NCBI GenBank assembly: GCA_964016885.1
Contig: OZ024742.1
Span: 27,838,001 to 27,902,000, forward strand
Source of the DNA: Eledone cirrhosa
Taxonomy: Eukaryota
DNA length: 64,000 nucleotides
Reading direction: 5' to 3'
Each line of letters starts with the position of its first letter. Position 1 is the first letter of the stretch. Below are positions 15,027 through 28,287 of this stretch, one piece after another. The position numbers and the translations under genes are program-made. The notes under the pieces are model-generated. The model was not told where the DNA came from. It made no database searches and saw nothing but the letters and a program-made list of their open reading frames with translations.

Positions 15027-15933
15027 AACAAGACTGGTCACTTGAACTACAAGGACTATTCTTCCAACAGGATTCTACAGTCTTTCTCTAACCTTGTTTC
15101 ATTCTTATAGCTTAGTTAAACCAGAGGTAATGATAACAGAAAGTTACCAAAATAACATACATTATTAGGAGTGCAGGAGAAAAAATTGTGTTAGTACAAA
15201 TATTTCATGAGCATCAACAATGATCGTTGGCTGGAAAAATGCTGGGAGTTCCAAGTGGAAGGATGGTCTGCAAAGGCAAAACCATGAAATACCTAAGCAG
15301 AGATTGTGAAAGATTACCCAAAGATGTTGAACCTTGCAGAGAAGACTATGGTAAAAAAAATAACAAGTGAAATGATGCTATACAACAAGCATGGGCAAAC
15401 AGATTTTGGTTGTTAGCTGTCAGGACAATGCATACTTCAAAACCTCCATGCTTTCCAAAATTCATCAACACTGTACCAGATATTCTGCCTCCATACACAC
15501 GCATGCATGTATGTGTGTCTATTTGTGTATCATGACTCATACCCTGTTTACTTTCCTGACATTTGTACATTATTTTATGTACTATACATGCACCTTTGAT
15601 AAGTTGTAATGCACCTGAGCACCGTACACAATAATTTCATTATTATTATATAAAAATGATAATGATGATGATGATTATATCATATGATGGCTACAGCCTG
15701 ATGATATTTGTTGTCACTGTACTAGTAATTGGTGTAGGGTTGGTTGTTATTATGGTGAGAGAATTTGTGTTTGGTTTTTGAAGGTCATAATTGGTTTTCC
15801 TTCATTTCTAATCTGCTATGTATGTGGTGGTTCAAGATAAGTGTAGAATTACAAAATGTGTCTGCTAAAGTTTGTGGATAGCATTGGTTTGGTGAGGATT
15901 AGTCTGTGTTTATATTGAGAAGATTGACAGTTT

Positions 15934-15970
<37 letters not shown>

Positions 15971-16122
15971 ATGTATATATATGTATGTGTATGTATATGT
16001 ATGTGTATATATATGTATGTATATATATATGTATATATATATATATATATATGTATGTATACATGTATATGTATATATATAGATGTATTTATGTATATGT
16101 ATATATATATAGACGTATATAT

Positions 16123-16283
16123 ACATGGACACACTGGAAGAGGAAGACCAAGGTTAACGTATGTTGATGAACTAACGACAGACACTGGTCTGTTGGAGAC
16201 GCAGGGCATGGCAGTGATAATGAGGGACAGAGACCGCTGGAGAGAACTCATCCATGGATCTCGGGAATTTTACCCGCCCTAGA
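16123..16283 (+). mobile_element. Short 3' fragment of the second RTE family
   Basis: [15 protein letters not shown]...SREFYPP*, nearly identical to 12400-12558. Embedded in (TA)n. Confidence 0.88.
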
Positions 16284-16402
16284 TATATATATATATATAT
16301 ATATGCATATATGTTTATATATATATATATTCTACAATGCTTCAAGCAAATTACAACACTTTACTATATATATATATATATATATGATGATGATGATGAT
16401 AT

Positions 16403-16435
<33 letters not shown>

Positions 16436-16496
16436 ATCATCATTTCATTTTACGTCCACTTTTCCCTGCTTGCAATATATATATATATATATATAT

Positions 16497-16750
16497 AGTA
16501 AAGTGTTGTAGTTTGCTTGAAGCATTGTAGAATATGAAATAAGGAAATAAGTTCCATTATTTGAAAGCCCAATGATGTGTGTGAGAAAATATTGGGATCA
16601 TTAAAATTGCTAAGGTAAAATTCTACCAGTCTCAATCTTTTCTCAATTCGCTGGTCCTATTTTCTCTAATTCTTATTATCTTCGCACTTATAACCTCACA
16701 CGTATTATTGGGCTTCCAAATAATTAAGCTTATTTCCTAGTTATTATTAC
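16497..16750 (-). mobile_element. Fold-back island in (TA)n
   Basis: Inverted arms ~16542-16585/16696-16738. Its 37-bp terminal segment recurs inverted at 16329-16365. Confidence 0.55.
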
Positions 16751-16757
16751 ATATATA

Positions 16758-17101
16758 TATAGTGAAATAAAGTAACGAGGACGATTGGTTACTCCTTCAT
16801 TACGTTTATTGGTTGGTGACTTTATCATACGGCATGTATATTCATTTTTCCATTAACATTACAAGGGGTCTGACAAGCCGTGGATTACAGAGTCGGGTCA
16901 GCTCGATACAGATCGAACCTTGAGCTGATCAGTGGCGAAACGTGCGTCACCAACCAATAAAGGTAACGAAGGTGTAACCAATCGTCCTTGTTATATTATT
17001 TCACTATAATACACTCTGTCTACACCTCGACACTGAAGTGAACCTAAACATCGAGTGCTCACCCGGGTGAACCTACAGTAACTCCAAGTTACACTCCCTG
17101 G
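16758..17101 (+). mobile_element. PLE pseudo-LTR island with inverted 5' arm and hammerhead
   Basis: Arms 16758-16820/16946-17008. Tail carries TACACTCT (17010) and ATCGAGTGCT (17050-17059). TA flanks. Confidence 0.75.
16867..16951 (+). ncRNA. Hammerhead-like motif with long helix II
   Basis: ggt-CTGACAA-gcc...(tcagctc...gagctga)...ggc-GAAA-cgtgcg-TC-acc. Core has a G8->A deviation. Confidence 0.6.
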
Positions 17102-19189
17102 ATATATATATATAGTTTAAAGAACCCCATAAGTTACGAATGACCCTGAGATTTGTACCTAGAAAGTTACTCTCTGAGGAACAAACACAGGCAATGTTGT
17201 TTGTGGAAGACCAGAAGTTGCCTATGCATACTGGTCTCCACTCTCTCTCTCTCTCTCCATACCACTGATGTTTTCCAAGGGTAAAGCAATGGCCGATACA
17301 GCTTGGCACCAGTGACAATGATGGTGGTGGTTGTGGTCGTTGTGATGATAGTTGTGGTGATGATGATGGTGGTGGTGGTGATAATGATGATGATGTATGT
17401 CAGTAAGGTAGTGACTCACACAAATCAACTTAGAATGTATTTCATTCTTATCTGCTTAAATTCTATGAAGTATTTTTCTCTATATTACAATTCTCACCAA
17501 TGAGAGCTCACAATGACACGCATAGATACATTATATATCTATAGATAGAAGGAGAGAAAGTAAGGTATATAACTCCTTATTATAGGTAAAATCAAGTATC
17601 AAATTATATGGTGTATTCATTAGTCATACCTGTCAACTTACTCACTAGTTTCTAGCAAAACTATTGAGAACCTGTCTAATCAGGAGGAGATAATTACTGT
17701 TATCTCCAGCTCCAGCGATTGTTCAACCCCCATCATCATCGTCATCTTACTTCTTTAGTATATAGCTAAACCTCTGTTTATGCTTGTAGGCATGTTCTCA
17801 CGTTGGAAAATATGTAAATATTGCAACTACATAGCCTTTGGTTCAATTTCACAGCATGGCATCTTGAGCAAGTATCTTCTATCATGTTGGACTGAGCAAT
17901 GCCTTGTGGGTGAAATTTGATAGACAGAAAGACATTCAACCACCATCATCATCATCATTGTTTAATATCCATTTTACCATGTCCTGTTGCGAGACATGTT
18001 TGATCAGGTTGTCGTATCTTGCTTGTAAAGAACTGCTTCTGGCTTGGTTTCTATGGCTGGATGCCTTTCCTAATATGAACCGCATTTACAGCATGGACTG
18101 TAGGAAAACAGACATAAAACTTTGTCCCCTATTAACCAGTGTTAGAGACCCTGAAAAGGACCATTTGTACCTGTATTTTTCTCCTTAAATAACTGGTAAA
18201 TCAACATTTCAACTCTATTTTGAATTCTACTGTGATGTTGATACCAGAGTCGAGTAAATATTGACCAGATCTTCTTATCCTCACATAGCCATCAATATCC
18301 TCCTTAATATTGAAACATCTAAATTTCTAGACAATATGGCATATTTGAGAGAAGCAATAAGCTACATGTAGCCAAACAGCTATGGAGTCATGTCCTTTGA
18401 ATTAAAATAATGAAAACACACAAACAACAAAAAGAAAAGCAAAAGTGATTTTCACATAAAAATAATTTTTTTTTTCTGTTTAAATAAATTACTTATAATT
18501 GAAACATCCAACCGTTTGATATATTTTTTTGTTTTGTATTATTTTTGTTTTTGTATCATTTCCACAGAAATATATTTAATGTTTTAATAAAGTGTTTTTA
18601 AAATGTTTGAACAGAAATGCAATGTGATAAAATTAAAACATCGTAAATTCCAATTAATTTCTTGCATAAGACACTTTAAACGAGGTCATTGATTTAAAAG
18701 ATAATTTATTTCTAGGCTGGTTGTTAATAAAAGGAATTTAGAGATGAGAAGAGGAAATTAAGTGTAGAGAAGAATCTTCTGTTTTTATTTTTGTGTGTCA
18801 TTTGCCTGAATTACTTTTACAATATTCCAAGTCAATTTTAGCATGTTTACTTTGATATCACCAGTTGTTAGTTCACTGATAACAATAGCAATTTTTAAAA
18901 TATTTCTTTTATTTGAAATTTGAAATGTAGTCATTTCAATGCAAAGGAGTATAATAATGTAATGTAGTTAATAAAAACATTGTGAAATATGTAATAAATG
19001 ACTGATAAGGAAAAACACATTGATCGTTGGTTCGTTTTTGATTTGAACTATTTCTGTTTCACATTTGAAAAGAGGGTTTTAGCCCTGAAATATCATGTTG
19101 AAAGATACTGGGAAAAACATTACTTTGTTTTGTTTTATTTGTCATCATTTTCCCCTTTTATATTTCTACTACATTTATCAGTCAACTAT

Positions 19190-19560
19190 AATAATGGTTT
19201 ATGATTTAAGTACAAGGCCAACAATTTTGGAAGGGGAAAGTCAATTAAAGCAACCCCAGTGTGTTACTAATACTTTATTCTATCGACCCCATAAGGATGA
19301 AAGCTAAAGCAGACCCTAGCAGGATTTGAAATCAGTATGTAAAGGGCCATAATTCTATACCAAGAAGCATGCGGTCTGATGCTTTACTGATACTGCCAAT
19401 CTAGAAAGGACTATACTAATAGTCAATCACTGTAAATAGTGATGTCTGGTGGCTTAGTGGTTAGAGAATTAGATCTGTAATCATGAGGTTGTGAGTTCAA
19501 TTCTCAGACCGAGTAATGCGTTATGTCCTTGAGCAAAACATTTCATTTCATATTGCACTT
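19190..19560. mobile_element. Nin-domain SINE (minus, ~19190-19402) and head of a CORE/MESC-like tRNA-SINE (plus, ~19448-19560)
   Basis: Nin core in reverse orientation. The second element has TGGCTTAGTGG A-box, GAGTTCAATTC B-box and tgtccttgagcaaaaca. Confidence 0.7.
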
Positions 19561-19633
19561 TCTGCCATGAATTTCCCTAAGGCATTTAAACAGGATGGAG
19601 TGGGTGCTTAAAACTACACACACACACACAGAT

Positions 19634-22510
19634 ATCATCATCATCATCATCATCAACGTTTAACGTCCGTGTTCCATGCTTGCATGGGTTTGGACGGGGG
19701 TAGTCCCACTTGAGGCAAGAGTGATTGTCTTGCTCGCATAGGACTGTCTGGCAGGTTTTCTACAGTTGGATGCCCTTCCTAACACCAACCACATTTACAG
19801 TGTGGGTCTGGGAGGTTTTTACCGTGTTGCCTACACGGCCACATTACAGCGTGGACTGTGTGTTTTTTTGTCGTGACACCTACACGATCTCATTTGTTTC
19901 GGCCTCGATGGCGCGGCACCAACATAACTTTACATAGAACGGGGTGGTGTGGATGGGGTGGGGGTGGGGGTGGGGGTGGTGGGACGGGGTGTATTTTGTT
20001 AGAGATGCCTACTGGCTGGAGTAGGTTTTACTATATATTTAGGTAAGGCGGGTCTTCTCTGTTACTGAGTACCGCCAAAGGTCTCGGTCCAGTGACATTG
20101 TCTTGGAGAGGTGTAAGTGTGTGATGTCGGAGTTTATCAGCTCGTCCCAGGTTTTTCTAGGTCTGCCTATTCCGTGACTACCGTCTATCTTTATTGCCCT
20201 GCACTTTGTTATACAGCTATCGACTTTCATACGCATCACGTGTCCATACCAACGTAGCCTTCTCTCGAGTAAACAACATCTGATCCCTCTTATCTCTAAT
20301 TTTTTCCTTAGTTCGTTTATGCTTTGCCGTTCACGTATATTACTGTTACACATCCAGCGGAGCATGCAAGCTTCGTTCCTCTCTAGTCTGCGTATATCCT
20401 CTGCACACAATGCCCAGGTCTCACTGCCATGCAGCATTGCTGTTCGTATGCAGGCATCGTACAACCTGCCTTTCATTTTTAGGGAGAACCCTTTAGCAGC
20501 TAATAGTGGTATAAGCTCTCTGAACTTTTTCCAACCAGTTCTGACTCTAGCTACAGTACTTTCAGAGCACCCTCCCCCACTGCTGATTTTATCGCCCAGG
20601 TAACGGAAGCTGTCCACTATTTCTATAGAACCCTCTGCGCAATTGAAAGAGCTAGTATTTTGTGGGCACTTGCTGCTACTTATTGCACCAGAACACCGGC
20701 CACATGTAAAATCTATGTTCTTAGTTAGCTTACCTGTGATCCCACTACATCTTTTATGCACCCATACTTTGCATTTAGGACATAAAATGGAGTTTCTACC
20801 TACGCCTTTCCTACACACCGAGCACGACCATTTCCCGGAAGGGACCGCCGCCTTGTTTTCTTTCCTACAAACTAGTACTTTGGTCTTAGCCAGGTTAATT
20901 TTAAGTCCTTTTGACTCTAGGCCGTGCTTCCATGTTTGGAATTTCTTCTATAGCTCGGCCATTGATTCCGCTATGAGTGCAAGGTCGTCTGCGTATAGGA
21001 GTTCCCATGGGCAGCCTGTCTTGAACTCCTCTGTTATAGCCTGAAGGGCAATAATAAATAGTAGGGGGCTGAGAACAGAGCCCTGATGGACGCCAACTTT
21101 TACGCTAAACTCTTCACTATATTCGTTGTTAATTCTAACCTTGCTGACTGTTTCTTTATACATGGCTTGTATAGCCCTCACAAGCCATTCGTCAACGCCT
21201 AGTTTTCTAAGAGCCCACCAGATAATGGAGCGGGGGACTCTGTCGAAGGCTTTCTCCAAGTCGACAAAAGCTAAGTAGAGGGGTTTACCTTTAGCTAGGT
21301 ACTTCTCCTGTAGTTGTCGTACTATGAAAAGAGCGTCTGTGGTACTTTTGCCTGACACAAACCCGAACTGCATTTCATCTAGGTCAATTCTCTCTCTGAT
21401 TAGTTGCGCTATTACTTTTTCCGTGACCTTCATGACCTGGTCGATTAATTTAATGCCTCTATAGTTACTCCTATCTAGGGCGTCTCCTTTACCCTTATAA
21501 CAGTTAACGATGATGCTGCTATGCCAGTCCTTTGGAACAACCCCATTCTGTACGACTTGGTTAACTATCCGGGTGACCATGGTGTGTCCCACCGTGCCAG
21601 ATGCCTTCAGCATCTCAGCAACTATTTCCGAAGGCCCAGCCGCCTTACCCGTCTTCATATCCTTGATTGCCTTACTTATTATACTCCCCTCGACTAACAC
21701 TGCTGGTCCCTCTATTGGGTCGATATGGGGGAGACTGTCTTTCTCCCATTTATTCTCCTCATTTAGTAGCCTTTCATAGTGACACTTCCAAGCTACCTTC
21801 TTATCAGCGTCGGTGATGGCAAGTGTGCCATCGTCGTTTAGTACACACTTCTCCTTGACAATATCACGGTTTTCCTTGACGCATTGCCTAGCAATCCTGA
21901 ACACCTCACGTTTTTGGTCATCGCGTTGTAGAACATGCTTGAACTTTCTTTCCTCAGCTTCCCTTCTTGCTAAGTACACTTGTCTCCTAGCTTCCCTCCT
22001 GGCCACTTGATAATCTTCTCTATTTCCCCCATCCCGCCATACTTTCCAAGCCTGCTTTTTGGCCTTAATTGACCCCTCCACCTTACTGTTCCACCACCAT
22101 GTTACTCTCCTCCTGCCTACAGGCCTGCTCCAGCCACAGACTTCGTCTGTCGCCAACAGCAGGTTTGCTTTCAGAAATTCCCACTCTCCCTCTATATTGT
22201 CCGACTCTAAATGTTCTTCCTTACTGTCGAAAGCATCAAGTAATATGCTTTGAAATTTATTCCTGGCTGTGGGGTCCTCTAGCTTCATATTTTTCTCCTG
22301 AGGATAGTCCTCTTCTGCTGTCGAGTACGTCTCGTCCTGACTATGAGGTCGCTAATTATCAGTCTATGTTGGGAGGTGCATTCTTCATGGGGGAGGGATT
22401 TAGTGTTTACAACAGACACTCTGTCACGTCTTCTGGTAAGGATATAATCTACCTGGCTTGTGTGTTCCCCGGATCTATAGGTGATCAGGTGATTGTCACG
22501 TTTTTTGAAG

Positions 22511-22511
<1 letters not shown>
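19634..22511 (-). mobile_element. 5'-truncated RTE-clade LINE: end of AP endonuclease, full RT, 3' UTR, (GAT)n tail
   Basis: SQVDYIL...SQHRL (APE), QFGF, FVDLEKAFD, GVHQGSVLSP, LLYADD, FRYLG. One frameshift near 22288 and one nonsense codon at 20948-20950. 5' end lies in (TA)n. Confidence 0.96.
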
Positions 22512-22540
<29 letters not shown>

Positions 22541-22542
<2 letters not shown>

Positions 22543-22731
22543 CGAAGAAAGTGTGGTAAGGAACCAGATGGACCATAACGCACCAGAGTACTCAATACTT
22601 AGGGTAGTATAGTGGGTAATAGGAAAATGTTTAACCCCGACGGCAGAGCTCAAGCCGTTTCGAGGGCAATTTCTGAGTCCAGAAATAGCCGTCGAAATGG
22701 CTTGAGCTCTGCCGTCGGGGTTAAACATTTT

Positions 22732-22735
<4 letters not shown>
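22541..22735 (-). mobile_element. Fold-back PLE pseudo-LTR island
   Basis: Near-perfect hairpin 22619-22735 containing the GAAA-cggc-TT half-core. Tail has ATTGAGTACT (22587-22596, minus). TA flanks. Confidence 0.7.
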
Positions 22736-22769
<34 letters not shown>

Positions 22770-23317
22770 TAATGTTAATTTTTTATTTTATCTTTATTTT
22801 TCATATTTATGTCAGTGACTTTATATTTTATAGTTTGGAACATAATGGTTTTTTACATTAATTATAATAGAAGGTCCTCAATAAATATAAACACTATAAA
22901 ACAAACAGTTCTGTATGATAGTAACAGGGTCATTTTCAGGTAGATAGATCTTAAAAGGCTTAGAGGTAAGTATAGGGTGTTATTAGGTACAGCACCTGGG
23001 TACAGTATACTATCTTTAAAATAATATTTTTCAAGGCATTCCAATATGAAAAACAAACAGCAAAAACGATGATTGTGATGATGATTAATAAAATTAATTT
23101 ATATTGCTGTTTTTTTAGGGGATGGGGTGGATAAGAGGGTGAGGTGGGAGTAGGATTTAAAAGAGTGCCTGTTCATGTCCAAAACTGTGTCAGTAACAAT
23201 AGGCGGAAGTTATGAATATATATATATGTATGCATATATGAATATATATATATATATATATATACATATATACATATATACATATATAAATATATATACA
23301 TATATATATATACACAC

Positions 23318-23364
<47 letters not shown>

Positions 23365-23490
23365 CATATATAAGCAAGCAGGGAAAAGTGGACGTAAAAT
23401 GATGATGATGATATATACACATATATATATATATATATATAAATAAGTTGGAATAGAATGAAACGAAATTTCATTTCTATACATATATAA

Positions 23491-23571
<81 letters not shown>

Positions 23572-23597
23572 CATATATACATACATATATATATATA

Positions 23598-23882
23598 CAT
23601 CATTGTCATCATTTAACGTCCATCTTCCACGCTTGCATGAGTTTGGACGGGAGTTTTCCCACTTGAGGCAAGAGTGGTTGTCTTGCTCGTATAGGACTGT
23701 CTGGCAGGTTTACTACGGCTGGATGCCCTTCCTAACACCAACCACGTTTACAGTGTGGACTGGGAGGTTTTTACCCTGTTACTTACACAGCCACATTACA
23801 GCGTGGACTGTATGTTTGTTTTTTCGTGACACCTACACGACCTCATTTATTTCGGACTGGATGTTGTGGTACCAACATAACT
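23598..23882 (-). mobile_element. RTE 3' UTR fragment in (TA)n
   Basis: Highly similar to 19634-19930 and 39338-39632. Confidence 0.88.
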
Positions 23883-23975
23883 TATATATATGTACATATA
23901 TATATATATACGTATATATATATACATATATACATATATATATACATATATATATATATATGTATACATATATAC

Positions 23976-24007
<32 letters not shown>

Positions 24008-24021
24008 GTATACATATATAC

Positions 24022-24082
<61 letters not shown>

Positions 24083-24540
24083 CATATATATATACATATA
24101 TACATATATATATACATATATACATATATAAATAGAGAGAGAGAGGGGAGGATTGAGAGGGCCGAGGGAGGGAGAAAGACACAGAGAAAGAGAGATAGGA
24201 AGAGAGGAAGGGAGAAATAGAAGGAGAAGAGAGAGATGTATTATAAATAGTGAGTGGAGAAGAAAATGAGAAGTAAGAAATAATGAAGATTGAAGAAAGA
24301 GACAAAGAATGGTGGCGGCATCTGATTACCATGAAAACTAATGAGAAGTGTAGAGGCTAAAAGTAGCAGATGGTAAACGAAAAACTCCAAAGACAAGAGA
24401 GAGAAGAAAGTCTTGGAATGTTTAAGAATAGTTCCAGTCTACCAACTCATCATTGCTGTTCTGTAGAAGTTGTTCTTGTAAATCAATTAATGATATTTAC
24501 ACTAATTAATGTTCACAAATATCATATTAGTCATAGCTTC

Positions 24541-25272
24541 AATAATAATAATAATAATAATAATCATTTCTACTATAGGCACAAGGCCAGCAATTTGGAG
24601 GGAGGAGAAAGTCGCTTAAATTGACCCCAATGCATTACTGGTACTTTATTTCATCGACTCTGTGAGGATGAAAGGCAAAGCTCACCTCAGAATAATAATT
24701 GTTTCTACTTTTGGCACAAGGCCAGCAATTATCCCAGTACATTACTGGTACTTTATTTTATCGACCCCGTAAAGAGGAAAAGCAAAGTTAACCTCGGCGG
24801 GATTTGAACTCAGATCGTAAAGGGATGTAACTCTGCTAGAAAGCATGGCGTCTAACCCTCTACTGATACTGCCAATTCCCCTCAGAATAATAATGATTTC
24901 TACAATAGGTACAGGTTAACAATTTTGGGGGAGGAGACAGTGAATTAAATCAACCCCTTTGCATTACTGGTACTTTATTTTCTTGACCCCGTAAGGATAA
25001 AAGGCAAAGCTAACCTCGGTGCGATAGGTAAAGGGCCATAAACTATATGCTACAAAGCATGGTGTCTGACACTCTACCGATACTGTCAATTATGCACAAG
25101 GCAAACAATTTTAGGGGAGAAGAAAATTGATTAAATTGACCCCAATGCATTACTGGTGCTTTATTCTATTGCCCCTGTAAGGATGAAAGGCAAAGCTAAT
25201 CTCGACAGGATTTGAACTCAGAATGTAAAGGGACATAACCCTATGTTGTCTGGCACTTTACTGATTCTGGCA
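24541..25272 (-). mobile_element. Tandem array of four Nin-domain SINE copies
   Basis: Four successive 'gcacaaggcc...attactggtactttattt...ggatgaaaggcaaag' units, mostly separated by (aat)n. Confidence 0.85.
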
Positions 25273-25536
25273 AGGAGGCTGATAGAAATGATGACAATGG
25301 TTTCAGTGATATCTATGTTAATGGGGAAAATAATGATGATGACAACAAAGATAGTGTTAGTGATGATGATGATAATGGTGGTGGTGTTGACAGTGGAGGT
25401 AGTGCTGCTGCTGTTGTTGACAATGTTGATGAATGTAATACAAAAAATGCACCAAAAAAAAGCAAAATACAAGCCAAAATGCAGCATTGTTATGTAAAAT
25501 GCGGTCTGTTTTACATGAAAACGAGAGTGGGGGATA

Positions 25537-25780
25537 GAAGAAGAAAAAGAAGAAGAAGAAAAAGAAGAAGAAGAAGAAGAAGAAGAAGAAGAAGAAGAAA
25601 AAGAAGAAGAAGAAGAAGAAGAAGAAGAAGAAGAAGAAGAAGAAGAATGAGGAGGAGGAGGATGAAGAAGAAAATGAAGAGGAAAAAAGAAGTAGAGTAA
25701 AAAGAAGAAGGAAAAGCAAAAGAAGAAAAAGGGGAAAAGAAGGAGCAGAAAAAGAGGAGAAGGAAGAAAAAGAATGGGAA
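25537..25780. repeat. (GAA)n / purine-rich tract
   Basis: GAA/GGA runs. Confidence 0.9.
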
Positions 25781-26194
25781 AGACAATGATGATGATGGGT
25801 ATGCGTGTTAAGCAAGCAGTAAATTTGGCAAAGCGCCAAACATCGAAAAGTGTTCTTGGAATTTTGTCCTGACATATGGAGTGAGATACTTGTGGTAACA
25901 ACAAGGTTCTCTCTCTCTCTATCGCTATACATTTCTCTCTCTCCCCTTCTCTCTTTCTATATATATATATATAAATATATATATATATGTATATATATAT
26001 ACATATATATGTGTATATATATATGTATATATATATATATATATATACCGTATATATGTATCATGGATGGAAGAAATAGCAGAGATGTTATGAAATAACA
26101 GAAAGAAAAAGTCATGAAGAATTCAGGACTTCTGTACAAAAAACAAATAAATAATAAATCATTGAATGATACAAATGAATAAACAAACGAGGGA

Positions 26195-26548
26195 TAATAA
26201 TGGTTTCTTATATAGGCACAAGGCCAGCAATTTGGGACGAAGGGAAAGTTGATTAAATCGACCCCAGTGCATGACTGGTACTTTATTTTATCGATCCCGT
26301 GAGGATGAAAGGCAAAGTTAACCTCGCCGGGATTTGAACTCAGATTGTAAAGGACCATAACTCTATGCCTCTAAGCATGGTGTTTAATGCTCTAGCGATT
26401 CTGCCAATCCACTGCCCTTAAATGGTTTCTGATTTAGGCACAAGGCCAACAATTCTAGGAGAGGGCAAATTCGATTAAATCGAGCCCAGTACATTACTGG
26501 TGCTTTATTTTATCATCCCCGTGAGGATGGAAGGCAAAGTTGAGCTAA
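26195..26548 (-). mobile_element. Two tandem Nin-domain SINEs
   Basis: One full copy 26195-26420 with A and B boxes, plus a partial copy. Confidence 0.85.
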
Positions 26549-26591
26549 CAATAATGATAACAATAATAAAAATAATAATAATTTATTATTG

Positions 26592-27051
26592 CTCTTTGAG
26601 TCTCAGTCATTGATGTTATTTAACTGGAAAGTTTGTTGAAATGAATATCAAGCCACTACCTGCAGCCTCAGACATTCAGGATGTATTGGAGAGTTCTTGC
26701 TGTTCCCAGCAAGCATGCCTTTTGAAGTGTTCCAAAAAGCGGAGCTGGACTAATCTTCTTTAACCATCCTTGGAAACTCTTTGAGATAGTACCTAGTGCA
26801 CCTATGACAATCGGGACGACCTTGATTTCATGGCAGTTCCAAATCCTTTTTAACTCCCACTTTAAGTTCTGGTATCGGTTAATTTTTCTCCCTCTCCTTT
26901 TCTTGCATTCTCGTGTTAAATGGGCAGGCCACGTCTACAATCAGGCACAACCTTTTTCCTTGTCCCAAACCACCAGGTCAGGCCTATTGTGTTTTAATTT
27001 CTTGTCTGTCTGTATCCTAAAATCCCATAGCACCTTCACCTGATCGTTTTC
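26592..27051 (-). mobile_element. 3' fragment of an R4/Dong-clade non-LTR retrotransposon (REL endonuclease), missed by the ORF track
   Basis: Manual translation across frameshifts gives ENDQVKVLWDFRIQTDKKLKHNRPDLVV / IVDVACP / INRYQNLKWELKRIWNC...VVPIVIGALG...LQKACLLGTARTLQYILNV*. Flanked by (TAA)n. Confidence 0.85.
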
Positions 27052-27085
<34 letters not shown>

Positions 27086-27589
27086 TCTAATATTGGCACA
27101 AGGCCAGCAATTTAGGGAGGTGAAAATTTATTATATGAACCCAGTTCTTAGCTGATATATCATTTAATTAACCCCCAAAAGGATGAAATGCAAAGTTGAC
27201 CTCAGCAAGATTTGAACTCAGAATGTAAAGAGACAAAACACTATGTTGCAAAACTTGTTGTCTGACGCTCTACCAATTACTGTCAATCCACTCTTCCCCT
27301 TCTGCCAATAATAACAATAATTTTGATTGCCAAAATAGAAATGGATGAAGAAGACATTATAAAAAGACAAACAGTGGAAGTCTATATAGAATTGATTATG
27401 ACAAATCTATTATAGAATACAGCTACAGACATACAGGATAAAATGAGAGGTCTCATTAGTAAGACAGCCCACACTGAACAGATCAAAGAACCTCATACAT
27501 GCGTAATTACTCAGATTAATGAAAGTACTCTCCCTTAGATGTGTTCTCCAGCTATTTATAACTCCTCAAAGATAAATAATAATTGTTAC

Positions 27590-27731
27590 ATATAAAAATG
27601 AAAAACTTATTGCTAGAACAGCCGTTAAAAAAGCTGAATGTTGTTAAAGACAGCGATGGTCAAAAATGCCTCAGAGGACAGAGACCAGCAGCCAGTGGTC
27701 AAGAAGGTGGGTGACAGGCAGATGAAATATC
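27590..27731. repeat. Unclassified dispersed repeat, second copy at ~51357-51511
   Basis: Shared 'attgctagaacagccgttaaaa...aaagacagcgatgg...acagagacca...cagtggtcaa...tgggtgacaggca'. Confidence 0.75.
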
Positions 27732-28287
27732 CTGAAATATAATTATTTTTTTGTAACATTCTTGGCAGCTGTGACGGTGGGGTAAGGTATTCTCAAAGCA
27801 GAAATCTGGCCTAAATTCTTGCAACAGAAAGGTACCTAAGAGCCATAAGGTGATGTTAAATCAAACAATGGATTAAGTCTACCATATATCTAGGCCAGAG
27901 TCAGATTTTAACCCAGAATACAAACTGCCAGAAGTATCCTAACCAATGCTCTAATCATTCCAACAGACAATCCTCTATGACTGGTATTTAATATATTAAA
28001 GCTAAGCTCAGTGGGATTTGAACTCAGAATATAAGGAACTAGAATAAATACCATGAAGTGTCTTGTCTGGTGAATTAAGGATTCTGATAATTCATACAAA
28101 TAAATTTTGTTGGGAAGGTCTCTAGTATATTTAATCAACTACCCCTAATAATAAAATAATAATTAACTCATTCTGTCAATCTCAAATAGATTAAAGAAAA
28201 GTCAAGCTCCAGCATGTTTGAATTTTAAATATTTGAATAGAAAATGTATGACTAAATCAACGTTTTAGTCTTACTTTGGAAGAGTCA

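Noticed and set aside
19940-19990. G-run tract with G-quadruplex potential
   Set aside because: It is a variable-length part of the RTE 3' UTR on the antisense strand, with no evidence of a locus-specific role.
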